Part shown: positions 9,756 to 21,830 of the stretch, one piece after another
Layout: each line of letters starts with the position of its first letter
Numbering within the stretch: the first letter of the stretch is position 1
NCBI GenBank assembly: GCA_030390025.1
Contig: CM059443.1
Coordinates: 63,391,013 to 63,428,000 of the forward strand
DNA from: Squalus acanthias
Lineage: Eukaryota
DNA: 36,988 bases
Direction of reading: 5' to 3'
Notes under the pieces: model-generated
Seen by the model: only the letters and a program-made list of their open reading frames with translations
Database searches by the model: none
Told to the model about the DNA's origin: nothing
Translations under genes and position numbers: made by a program

Positions 9756-10089
9756 CACTTTCCTTTCAACCACCTATTCCTAAATGTTAGCATGATCTTG
9801 GCTTCAATCACTAACTCCTATATTGCCTCACAACCCACTGCGTAAAGAAGGTTTTCCTATTCTCTGTTCTAAATCTCTTACTTTTAATCTGGTGTCTATG
9901 TCTCCTTATTCTGGATCCTTCACTCACTGGAGACAGTCTGTTTTCATCTACTCTGTCCCATCCCTTCAGAATTTTAAACACATCTATCAAGTCACTCTGT
10001 TCTAATAAAAAAATAACCTAGTAGATGCCTTGTATGTTTCAAAAGTCTTGTTTTCACCCAATACTATTCTTTGCATCACTAACTCAATC

Positions 10090-11241
10090 ATATGCTTGTA
10101 ATATGGGTTGGTAATTGGTTGGGAGGTAGGAGACAGAGAGTAAGGATAAAGGGTTTGTTAACTGATTAGCGGGATGTGACAAGTGATGTTCCCAATGGAT
10201 CTGTGCTGGGAACGCAGCTTTTGACCATATATATTAATGACTTGGATAAAAGGAATAGAAAGGTGTATATCCAAATTATCAGATGACACTAAATTAGGAG
10301 GCACAGTAAGTTGTGTGGATGGGAGCAGGAAGTTACAAAGGAACAGAGACAGACGAGTGAGTGAGCAAAACCATGGTAGATGGAGTTCAAAGTGAGGAAG
10401 TGCGAGATCATCCACTTTGGATCCGAGAAAGACAAAACAGAATATTTTCTTAATGGCGAGAGACTAGAAGCTGTGGAGGAGCAAAGAGATTTAGGTATCC
10501 GGGGACACAAATCACTAAAAGCTCGTGCACAGGTACAAAAAGTAATCAAACAGGCTAATGGAATGTTGGCCTGTATTTCAATGGGATTGGAATTCAAAAA
10601 AGTGAGGAAGTGATGCTTCAGTTGTACACAGCCTTCGTCAGGCCCCACCTGGAGCACTGTGTTCAGTTTGGACACCTCAGGAAAGATATTTTGGCCTTTG
10701 AAAAGGTACAGCGCAGATTCATCAGAATGATACCAGGGCTTAAAGGGTTAATTTATGAGACAGGTTGCATAAACTTGGCTTGTATTCCCTTGAGTTTAGA
10801 AGTGTTAAGGGTGGATCTAATCAAGGTTTTTACAATGATTAAGGGATTCGATATAGTAATTAGAGAAACTGTTTCCCCTGGTGGGGGAGTCCAGAACAAG
10901 GCGGCGCAATCTTAAAATTAGAGCTAGGTCTTTTATGAGTGAAATCAGGAAGCACTTTTTCCACACAAAGATAGTGGAAACATGGAACTCACTCCCCCAA
11001 AAGTCTGTGAATGCTGGGCCAACTGAAATTTTCAAGACCGAGACTGATAGATTTTTGTTAGTCTGTTTGAAGTGGGCTTGATGGACCAGCTGGCCTTTTC
11101 CTGCCTGTCAATGTTGTACGTGCATAAGGGTATCGGGATATGGAATAAAGGCTAAATGGAGTTGAGGTACAGATCAGCCATGATTTAATAGAATGGCGGA
11201 AAGGCTAGAAGGGCTGAATGGCCGATTCCAGTTCCTATGTT
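10090..11241 (+). mobile_element. CR1 LINE fragment (RT domain to 3' UTR)
   Basis: MEFKVRKCEIIHFG, QRDLG, ANGML, LYTAFVRPHLEHCVQF and WNSLP motifs; tail gggctgaatggccgattccagttcctatgtt. Confidence 0.93.
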
Positions 11242-12364
11242 TAATTTGCCCATTCATTATTTTTATTCAGTCAGAATTGTAGTCTCGCCAACAGCTAAAG
11301 TTCCTCCCTTTTTTACAGTAGATCTGCCAATTATCATTGTGTTTCAGTTAACCATTTAACTCATCTCACATTCTCTTGTAGGTCTGTTCTTTTAAAGTAG
11401 ACTGGTGAATGCATCAGTTAAAAAGGGAGGACTTGATCAATTGCATATATTTATTTACCTATCATTTTCACCCAAATTTTTTTTGGTATTTAGGCAAAAT
11501 CTTGGAAATAGTTCTTTTAAATACCCGATTATAATATTTGAGGAAACGTTTAATATCTATTATCACAGAAGAAGCATACAACATCAGGATTAATGTTTTT
11601 TCATCTTTATTTGTTTACCTCCAGCCTTTATAGAATCCAATACAGACTTGAATATAGCATGCCAAACTTTCTGAGCAGTTAGTTAGCTTAGTGAAGTGCG
11701 CTGGGGTGACACTTGTCGGAGAACAGCACTCCAGAGTGTTTCTTCCAATCCCATTAGAGGTTTTACACCCCGTTTGTTAGCCAATAGCAACACACGATGC
11801 AGCCAAAGTGCAAGTGAGCAAATGATTGCACACTGGAGTCTTCAAAATGTCATCCTCATTAGTATACAGCCAACACTGTTGTTTGGTCATTTTAATCCAG
11901 TCAACACACTAACTCATAGTCTGCGAGCAACTAGGCAGGACTGCATAAACTTCCTGAATGCAATGAAGCTCAGCCATCGCCTTAGGCAAGAACTGCGGTT
12001 GAGCCATTCCATCTCCGTGCCAAAGAAAATAGGATGGTTCAGCCACCAAGGTATGCAGTTCACGGAGTTAGAGCAGAACATGATGCTTTAAGCTACAGGT
12101 TTAGTTGGGAGCCCTGAAGCATATAGCCACCTGATTAAAATAACAGAAGGACCAAACAATTCTGTATCTCAGTTTAGAGGTGCTGTGATGACAGCCACAC
12201 GACACTGCACTCCCATAAATTTACATGGCAGTTAACTATCAGAACAGAATCCATTGAATCCAACTGCCCTGCAAATCCGTTCCCCCAGCCCCTGGAAGAA
12301 GATTAAGTACTACCAGTCATAGACTCAGGAGGAGACTGTAAGAATACTTCCACAATAGGAAGTA

Positions 12365-12713
12365 AAATTATATGGGGCCTAGATAGAGTGGCTAGGAAGG
12401 ACCTATTTCCCTTAGCAGAGAGGTCAATAACCAGGGGGCATAGATTTAAAGTAATTGGTAGAAGGGTTAGAGGAGAACTTTTTTTCACCCAGAGAGTGGT
12501 GGGGGTCTGGAACTCACTGCCTGAAAGGATGGTAAAGGCAGAAACCCTCATCACATTTAAAAAGTACTTGGATATGCACTTGAAGTGCCGAAGCCTACAA
12601 GGCTACGGACCAAGAGCTGGAAAGTGGGATTAGGCTAGATAGTTCTTTTTCAGCCGGCACGGACACAAATGGCCTCCTTCTATGCCGCAAACTTCTAGGA
12701 TTCTACAATATGA
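12365..12713 (+). mobile_element. CR1 LINE 3' fragment
   Basis: LFPLAERSITRGHRFK...FFTQRVVGVWNSLPE; tail aaatggcctccttctatgccg. Confidence 0.9.
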
Positions 12714-14670
12714 TTCCTCAAATTCCAATCGCTGACAGGAAGCTAAAGAGGGACAGTCATCCTCACTAGCTGAAGTAAGGGACAACATTTGTACCGGCAT
12801 GTTGAACTCAAGGGGCATCATAAAGAAATTTGTGTCTGAAACTACAACGATGGCACTAGCCATTAACTCTAGAATTTGGAGGTAGGCTTTTACCTTGACT
12901 TGCTAACCAGCCTGAATCCTGTGAAGTGATTTTAGCTATCCAGGAATCAATTAAAAGAACTTTGTTGGGTACTGACTGGAATTTGTTCAGGTTTCAGTGC
13001 TTCTTACAGGAACAAAACCTTCCTGTCATATTGTGACAGAAAAGTAACAGGAATAGAATCCAGCCATGTCCTAGTTGAATGGCTCCAGATGACTTTTGGA
13101 AATGTAATAAACTTTCAACCTTATATTGCTTTGGAGGAGACGCTTCTGTAGACACCAACAATCCCACCCCTCAGTCAACCAAAAAGAAACCATTTCAAAC
13201 TGTATGGGAAGGGATCCCTCTTGTTCCCCGAAAGTCAATGCTTCCTCCCTCTCACCCCTGCTAGCAGACTGACAAACCCTTACTCATTCCCTCCCCAAAT
13301 GGGGAAACCAGATGACCAATATTAGTCAAGACTAGGATTTTAATTCATAGATACCAATTTATAAGGCCACTTGTATTTGGAGACCTCATGGCATTTGTGA
13401 ACAAACTTGAGACCAAGCTCTAGTCACTGATGACTCTTCTATATAAATCAGTAAAAGAAGGCAGATCACCAAAATTTCCAGCCTAACTTGGACAGCTAAT
13501 AATATTCTTTCTTTGCAATGGTTCACATCAGTTTATATCATAATAAAATGTATTTTAGTAATAGATAAACAGGAGTTTCTTTTTCACGCAAGCATAGTAA
13601 CTTGCTTATTTGTATGGAAAACACCATTGTCCAACAATATACGAGAACTAAATATTTTGAGCCACATACATCACTTTATCTGATAATCCTTTTGCAAAGC
13701 AACTTTATTAGCTTGGAATAGGGTTTCAATAATAGGGATTGTTGGTCAATAAAGTGAATTGGTAAGAACTTCAAATTACAATTTTACAGATTTTAAATGT
13801 CCAGAAGATCTGTGCAGCTCTAAGTGTCATCACAGGCAGACATTACTAATAACCTCTTAGTATTCACATTATTAATCAGTGCTGTTATTTGGAGTATTTA
13901 GAGTGCACCTACATAATACAGGAACATCACATTTAAGCCAATAGCCTTTAACATTGTGCAACACCTTTTTTTGCATGATGCTCATAATTCATCACCTCAA
14001 ATTGCTCCCATCATTACTGACGGGTCTGTAACCAGCAGTACTTCAACCCTAGTATTATGTAACTCAAAGTGCTGGCTCCAAACAAGGCAGGTTTGGAAGG
14101 ACAAAAAGGTATAATTGCATTGCTGAGCATTTTGCGCAATTCAAGTGGATATTGTTCACATATCGACCACTGCACTTTAGTGAAATAGTAGAAAAAATGC
14201 TGTAACGTGGCTGCAAGAAGATTGTACATGTCCACAATTGGGTTTGACTGAAATACTAATGACAACATTGTTAATACTTCATTCACATACAATTATTTGT
14301 ATCATCAAATATTATCCTCCAGATACCTTTTAGCCAGAGGAAAGATTTCAGATGTCAAAACAGTTAAGGCAGGACAGTATAAAACTTTCAATCAGAAGAC
14401 CCAAGTTTTAATCCCAGCTCAACTCAGCAGCCTTTGCTGCTTCTCAGGCAGGACCAGAAGCGCACCACCTGTCAGCAGATTAATGAGCTGCGTTGATAGC
14501 CACAGAGAGGTTCGAGTCTAAGGACACCTTCTCCGCAGACAACCCCAGCTAAAGGACAAAGCACGTTGGCAGAACCGCAGACTTTAAACCATCATTTAAA
14601 ACTAAAAGGTTTTAGCATTAGCTTTCGTTCAAATTACAGGGTTTTTAAAAAAATGCAAGACAACACCCAT

Positions 14671-14948
14671 TCTTTCCGATGAGACGTAAAAGATCCTATG
14701 GCACTATTTCGAAGAAGAGCAGGGGAGTTTTCCCCCAGTGTCCTGGCCAATATTTATCCCTCAATCAAAGTCACTAAAATAGATTATCTGGTCATTATCA
14801 CACTGCTGTTTGTGGGAGCTTGCTGTGTGCAGATTGGCTGCCGCGTTACAACAGTGACTACACTTCAAAAAGTACTTAATTGACTGTAAAGCGCTTTGGG
14901 ACGTCTGGTGGTCGTGAAAGGCGCTATATCAATGTAAGTCTTTCTTTC
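14671..14948 (+). mobile_element. Deu-domain SINE (SacSINE1-like), 5'-truncated
   Basis: High similarity to 30845-31160. Confidence 0.88.
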
Positions 14949-15939
14949 ATTCAACAACATATCCTGATATTTAGCTTAATCAATAAATGCTGCCTTCTCT
15001 TTGTGCAGACACCAATAAGTTCAATGCAGTTTCATTTTGTTTTACTTTTGTAAAAAGTACATTGTACATTATTCTGTAAGCTGCGACTGTACAGATGCGC
15101 ATTTTCCACTACTTCAAACTGATGACTGTGGTTTGGCCAAATACTTTAAGGCTTGCATTTCTGTCCCATTCTTAGACATTTTACTTCACAGCTCCAGACT
15201 GATTAATTGGTGGTACACAGCAAGTAAAATGCAATCGCAACACTAATACTCATCATTCCTTATTGGTGGAAGTACAGATGGAATGGCCAAGAGCAGCACG
15301 GAGAACTGCTGGCAGCATAAAGGCCTGTTTGATATCAAACACTCCACGTGTAGTTACCGCTGCAGAGTGCGTTTATGAAACCTTCAGGGTAACCTGGCCA
15401 TGTGAAAGAAACTGTTCTGCCTTCCCTGAAGGCTACTATTGTCATTTATCATCAGATCCATTAGCCTGGAGCATCAAGCTACACACAGTGGATGCATTTT
15501 GTGGTTTAAATACGTGAATTTCGAGCCATTAACTGCAACTGCTTTTGTACAGCCTAAGGCACTGTCCAGAGCTAGGCAAGAAAAATGTACAAAACGGCTG
15601 ATCTTCTTACACAGCTAACTGTCTCCAACCTAACCACAATCCTCCCATCTGCACTTTCAACCACAATCAGGCACCGGAGCCCCTGTCTACTGAGCATATG
15701 ACATTATACTGATTGACAGAATTACACTGTAATCAATAATAATACAGGTCTTCTATTAAAAAGTAAAATGTACCATGTACATATCTACCCAAATTAAACA
15801 AAAACACAAAAGGATCATGGTTACCTCCCAGAATTCTTCAAATCCTCAGGAGTAGATTTATATTCTGTAACAAAATAATTCGAATATTTGCAAATCCCAG
15901 TCGAACTTTAATGATCTCCATCCATTCCTCAGACAGTTG

Positions 15940-16285
15940 TTTTCAGATCCTTTGTATCGTGGAACGATTCGCAGGCTGACAGGCCGCGATGTGAACGCTC
16001 CTTCCATGGCCGTAACCAACTTTATACCAGCTGATAAGGTGGTTAGCCCTATATGGCGGGAGGGTTTTATGGGCTTCCACTACTCATGTAATGGGTGTGG
16101 GGGGAGGGGGAGGCACCCACACCGACACCCACCAGACGCGAGTATCCCAATGGATGTCAACCAAGAATTTAGAGCCGGAGCTCCGGTCTCCACTCGCCAG
16201 GACTGTGTGGAGTGGAGTTCGAACCCTCCACCTTCTGACTCAGAGGTGGGAATGCTAGCGCTCATCGAATGGCTCGCTACATTCA
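15940..16285 (-). mobile_element. tRNA-derived SINE of unrecognised family with 9-bp target-site duplication
   Basis: AGACAGTTG at 15931-15939 and 16286-16294. Minus-strand head cctctgagtcagaaggtggagGGTTCGAACTCC contains a pol III B box. Body is CpG-rich. Confidence 0.72.
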
Positions 16286-16671
16286 AGACAGTTGAAGCAG
16301 TTTAAATACCAATTTTCTCTCAGTCAACGAGAGTTGACCAACGTACCTCTCTACGTGCAATATAGTGAAAGAGTGAAATTCAAGTGTACGCTTGGGGCAA
16401 GAGTGCGGTTTTCTGTAGTAACAGCCACCACATTACCCACTCCAGCTAAAGCACGAACATTCTGAGCCAGTGCATACTGCCTGCATTGGCTTTAATGATT
16501 CATTCCAATTAGTCAATAGCAATTTTGATGGTAATATGGTGAGCCAACCAGCAGATTTTTCACTACTTCCTCTTAGAAAAGTATCCCAACTCCACCAGTG
16601 TCTTGCAATTTAAAAAATACGCAACACTTGTTTCCAGCAATCAAATCATGACTGTGAATGATCAGATAGAT

Positions 16672-17035
16672 AGACTTGATAGACTTGCATTTATATAGCA
16701 CCTTTCTCGACCTCAGGACGTCTCAAAGCACTTTACAACCAATGAAGTACTTTTGAAGTGTAGTCACTGTTGTAATGTAGGAAACGCGGCAGCCAATTTG
16801 CACACAGCAAACTCTCAAACAGCAATATGATAATGACCAGATAATCTGTTGAAGTGATGTTGATTGAGGAATAAATATTGGCCAGGACACCGGGGAAGCT
16901 CCCCTGCTCTTCTTCAAAATAGTGCCATGGGATCTTTTATGTTCACCTGAGAGGGCAGACGGGGTCTCCGTTTAACGTCTCATCCGAAAGACGGCACCTC
17001 CGACAGTGCAGCACGCCCTCAGTACTGTACTGAGT
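16672..17035 (-). mobile_element. Deu-domain SINE, head missing
   Basis: Reverse complement matches 30800-31155 closely. Confidence 0.9.
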
Positions 17036-17047
17036 GCCAACATGGAA

Positions 17048-17439
17048 AGAAAAAGAATGTGCATGTATATAGCCTCTTTTCAGAACATCCCAAAGCACTT
17101 CACAAACCTATGAATGACTTTTGAATTAGTCACTGTTGTTCTGTAGGTAAACATGCCAGCCAATTTTCACACAGCAAATTAGATGAATGACTGGTTCAAC
17201 TGCTTTTACTGATGTTGGCAACAGGAGAACATCCTGCTCTTCTTCAAATCGTGCCCTGGGATCTTTTATTCCCATCAGAACCAATGAACAGCCAGACAGG
17301 GACTCACAGTGAACATCTCTGCACTGAACTGAACTGAAATGTCAGCCTAGATTATGTGCTCAAATCCAGGAGCAGGACTTGAACTCACAACCTTCTGATT
17401 CTGAGGCAAGAGTGCTACCAACTGAGCCAAGATGACACT
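17048..17439 (-). mobile_element. Deu-domain SINE, older near-full-length copy in tandem with the previous one
   Basis: tRNA head ggacttgaactcacaaccttctgattctgaggcaagagtgctaccaactgagcca; Deu body and tail diverged. Confidence 0.85.
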
Positions 17440-18699
17440 AATGTAGAATAATAAACAGTGCTTATACTTTTATGTTTACAGCAACTGTGCAACAAATTTT
17501 TTTTTTCCAGTCCTGGATAATTTAGGGTTTAAGAGCAGACTAATAAAACCTCTCTATTATAAAATTAATTTAATCTTATGCAACACAAGCAGTGCACAGT
17601 TCAAAATTGCTCAGTGACAGGTGTAGCGAAGCTTAGATCAGAAAACCCTTCTGTTTGGCAATTTAGAATAAGACGAATTAACAGCAGAGTCTGAGAATAG
17701 TTTACAAGAACAAAGTTATCAAAAACGGGGCAGAAAATGCACCAAGGAATTACATGCCACCCATGCACTGGTTTAAAATTGGTCATCAATCTCACTCTAT
17801 AATCAGACATGGTTGCAGGAATGTTGTGATATGTCATTTACTAGGAAGGGTTAAAGCCCAATTCAGACACTAAGCAGGGAAACACAAGAATGTCCAAAGA
17901 ATGTTAAGCCTCAATACTGCCATCTACTGTAAACAAACAATGCATTCACAGTCGGCGACACTGCACCAGCCGACAGCTACTTCTGTTTGGAGATTAAATG
18001 GACATAAAGTCATACAGCCTAAATTAACCAAGAAAGGAGAAAACGTTGATTCAAATTCCAACCCAAATCAAGGGTAAAATGATCATCCGGTGCCATCATT
18101 TGCGTAACAACTGGAGGAGAACGATGACACATCTCTGTTGCAGCAAATAGATCCCTTTCCTCCAGGAAGCTAAGTTAAGGAGCCCAGCTAATATATAATT
18201 CACATCATTAGCTATAGATCTCAGAATGTGAGAATAGGATTTAAAATGCTATGCTAGTCAAACGCTCATGGAAAACTGTGGTTTCTGTGCTGCAAGGACC
18301 ACAGAAATATCTTCCGTGGAAAGCAGCTATGCAGGCTTAAATATGGAGGCACAAGTCTGGATAGTCTTTCGGGAAAGGGACGGGTGCAGGAACTACATTT
18401 TGCAGAAATATTCCTCATGAGATTAATTATAGGAGTTGGACTTAACAATAAGGCAGATTGTATATAGTCTGTACATTCCATGTAAATTGCCTTTCTTCAG
18501 TCTCTCCTAATATATACTTGCATATATACACAGAAATACAATATAGTTTAAAAAAATCAATATTAAGGTATTGATCTCCTAACTATCACGGATTATACTT
18601 TGATTGAAACAATCTCAAAACTTTCATAAATAGATTTTTTTTTCTTAAAAAGCGTGCCCATGTGTTTTAAGAATCTATTTATATTATAGATTCCATACA

Positions 18700-18701
<2 letters not shown>

Positions 18702-18758
<57 letters not shown>

Positions 18759-18762
18759 TATA
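18702..18762. repeat. (AT)n microsatellite with a short CA interruption
   Basis: Direct reading. Confidence 0.95.
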
Positions 18763-19001
18763 CTTCCCAATTTGGGTTGGAGACCAGAGCAGCCTCACCC
18801 ACAGACTTCTTTATATAATAAAATCTCTCCTTTGTGAACTAATAAAACATACTCGATTCCACTGAGGTACTTTGAAAATGTTTGATTCAGGATAAAGTAC
18901 TGGGGAGTTAAACCCGATTTTGGCAAGATAAGCAAACATAGAAGGGTCAAGTTATCCAACACAAGCAAGAACGAGCTGAATACAGAACTAAAAGATCATA
19001 C

Positions 19002-19199
19002 CTTACATTCCACCACACTCTGGTCTGACTCGCACGTGACATAAATTTCATCCACTGCTCGTCTAAGATTGTCGAAGAGAAATGCCCAATAGCGTGCTCG
19101 TAAGTCAATCTTCCGGGGCTGCCGGCCCTTTGTTGGACTCTTCTCCACTGGGTTCTTCTCCCCAACAGTGCTCAATGAGGATTTTTCTGTTGCAGCAGC
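19002..19199 (-). CDS. SCAPER: SCAPER coding exon (198 nt, phase 0 to 0): AAATEKSSLSTVGEKNPVEKSPTKGRQPRKIDLRARYWAFLFDNLRRAVDEIYVTCESDQSVVECK
   Basis: Acceptor ttctattgcag|GCT and donor TGTAAG|gtatga. RKIDLRARYWAFLFDNLRRAVDEIYVTCESDQSVVECK is the conserved SCAPER N-terminal domain. Confidence 0.97.
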
Positions 19200-20167
19200 C
19201 TGCAATAGAAATGGAGATGGCAGTTCCATGATACAGTGCATATTGCACAACAGGAGAGCTCACACGATTACACAGAAATGGTCAGCAAACTCATAAACCA
19301 ATGAAGGAAGTGACTGCAAAAGTATTAATACATTCAAGGGATTCCTCAGAAACCCACAAGCTGATTACTTTGCTTTGAACATTTAGAAACGTATGTGGCA
19401 AGTTGGTGTAGCAATAGATTCTCCAACATTCTGTTCTGCATGCAACATTAGGAAGGCACTGACTCTCAAAGATTTCCCATTCCATAAATCTCAAATCTTA
19501 GCTGTGCCAGGCACTGTCCCACAAGGAGGAAAAGAAAAAATCAGAAGGCAAGTGGTCCCCAAACTGCTCCTGTGCACTTTCTAAAAGCAGTCAGCATTGG
19601 CAGAAGCCTGGGAACATGTTAGCTGTCCACCTCATCAGCCAGGCATGGTGTACTGTGAGGAGAGATCGATGCGGGGGTGGGGAAAAATATAAACTTATAA
19701 ATGGAGACTCCAAAAACTAATAATGCTGCAGCAAAGTGCTAAAATGCACAGGGCTTGAAATTACCGATGGAAGTATAACTCATCTCATGGATCAGTGAAC
19801 GCAATCTGGAATTTACGTTTCTTTGCTGCACAGCGCTACAACATGCAGGAGGCTTCTTGTGTGGCTTTCCCCACAGACCAGTGATCTTGTCAGCTACTGA
19901 TGTTACGATGTAATGGTTCGACAGCCTTAAATTTGAATCCTGAGCAGGATTTGTTACTAAATATCAAGAATATAATTTACCTTCACATGTAAAGAACTCG
20001 AGTAATATGTTAGGCCTGAGAGTTTCTGTTAAGTTACAGTTTAAAGAATATGTCACTGCTTTATGTATAATTTTTTTTTAAAGAGGTATTCAATTTTGGA
20101 TAAAAACTGTGGGCCATTTTGAGAACTTTTCCCCCCACACAATCATTGACTTTCATCATTGAATCAA

Positions 20168-20581
20168 AAGAAGGACTTGCATTTGTGCAGCGCCTCATCA
20201 AGTGTCTCAAAGTGTTTCACATACAATTAACTATTTTGAAATACAGTCACTGTTGTGTAGGCAAATTATGCAGCCATTTTATCCACACCAGCAGCATTAA
20301 CCAGGTAGTCAGTTTTTAGTGGTGTTCATTGAGGAAGGAATGTTTGCCAGGATACTGGGAGAACTTCGTGATCAGCATAAAATAGTGTCATAGGATCTTT
20401 AACATACACCTGAACAGACAGAACCTCAGTTTAACATCTCATCCAAATTATGGCACCTCCAACAATACATCACTCTCTCTACTACACTTCCTCAGTACTG
20501 CACACAAACCCTGGAGTGCTGCTGGAACCCGCAACTTTTGATTCAGAGGCAAGACTACTACTACCTGAGCCAAGCCGACAC
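20168..20581 (-). mobile_element. Deu-domain SINE, diverged
   Basis: Tail gacttgcatttgtgcagcgcc; head gaacccgcaacttttgattcagaggcaag...ctgagccaagccgacac. Confidence 0.82.
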
Positions 20582-20689
20582 TCGCAGGTAACAGTTGAGC
20601 GTGATTTAAACTTCCAAAGATTTGGTGAAACAAATATCCGTAAGCTACGAAATGCATGTATGTACACAGAACTAACCATGGTGTAATGG

Positions 20690-20830
20690 TCAATCAGCCT
20701 GACAATGCCCGCTGCCTCAACTCAAAAATGAAGAATGGCCACTTGGATGAGGTACTAGAAGACTGCCAACATCCACAGAACTGTACCCCAGCATAACTAG
20801 CCAGCTTCAGCAGAGGACAGGGAAAAGGAC
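20690..20830 (+). mobile_element. Fragment of an old dispersed repeat (also about 24990-25120 and 28790-29066)
   Basis: Shared motif: tgaagaatggccacttgg (20730), tgaacaatggccatatgg (25025), taagaatggccacttc (29044). Confidence 0.5.
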
Positions 20831-21477
20831 AGATTGGATGAGGGAGCGTGCAAGGAAAATGCAAGCCTTGCCAATGTCTATGGCACAACAAAATTATAAT
20901 GGCCACCTTTTAGAATTTGTTCCCATGGTTCAAAACACTTGACAGAACTTTACTTTGTGAGTAAACAACTGAAATTTACAGTTTTAATATATGGCTAGTG
21001 CCCCTTGTGTTTAAAAGCGCGTCTCTGGTAGACACAATGAACTTGTTAGAATGGGACTTGTATCTTTTTTCCCCCTCCATGCTTACTCAAGCATTTCAAA
21101 GACTGTTTAACTAACGTTCAGCAAGTTACTAACCATAATACGCTGTGGTTTTCTACATCTGAGGATCACACAGATAAGCATCACTGTAAACGTGCATAAA
21201 GAAAATTCACTTCAAAGCCGTGTACCAGGGAGTTAAAGGGCATTGGACAAAGGGTCGCACTGAAATGTTTTAAATCAAAACTATTCACTAAATCAGCAGA
21301 AACTGGAGACTTTGATGGTAGAATGGATAACAGTCTCCTGAAGGACATTTACCTGGTTTGAAGCAGGGGGTAAGGGGGTGGGGGGTTAAGAAAGTCCACA
21401 TGTTCCAAGAGGTACGTCATAGATGCCTGTACCGCTGGGGTTAAATCTGATGTGGACAGAAAGCTCATGAGCACATA

Positions 21478-21830
21478 AGATTCTAAGGGTAGATGCCGAG
21501 AGGTTGTTTCCCCTGGCTGGAGAGTCTAGAACTAGGGGGCATAGTCTCAGGATAAGGGGTCGGCCATTTAAGACTGAGAGGAGAAGGAGGAATTTCTTCA
21601 CTCACTCAGAGGGTTGTGAATCTTTGGAATTCCCCCAAAAGGCTGTGGATGCTGAATCGTGGAGTATATTCAAGGCTGAGAGAGAGATATTTTGGACTCA
21701 TGGGGAATCAAGAGATATGGAGATCGGGCGGGAAAGTGGAGTTAAGGTCGAAGATCAGCCATGATCTTATTGAATGGCGGAGCAGGCTCGTGGGGCTGTA
21801 TGGTCTATTCCTGCTCCTAATTCTTATGTT
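21478..21830 (+). mobile_element. CR1 LINE 3' fragment
   Basis: FPLAGESRTRGHSLRIRGRPFKTE; tail cctgctcctaattcttatgtt. Confidence 0.92.

Larger units (their letters stand above)
9510..10006 (-). mobile_element. Diverged CR1 3' fragment interrupted by a Penelope-like insert
   Basis: Starts with the reverse tail ctagaattacatagaaattacaacatggaaacaggccattcggccca. CR1-like sequence resumes after 9767. Confidence 0.75.

Noticed and set aside
18593-18802. ORF with a YIYIYI repeat
   Set aside because: Translation of the (AT)n microsatellite.
21366-21385. G-quadruplex candidate (also near 22156-22175)
   Set aside because: Only three clear G runs and no supporting context.
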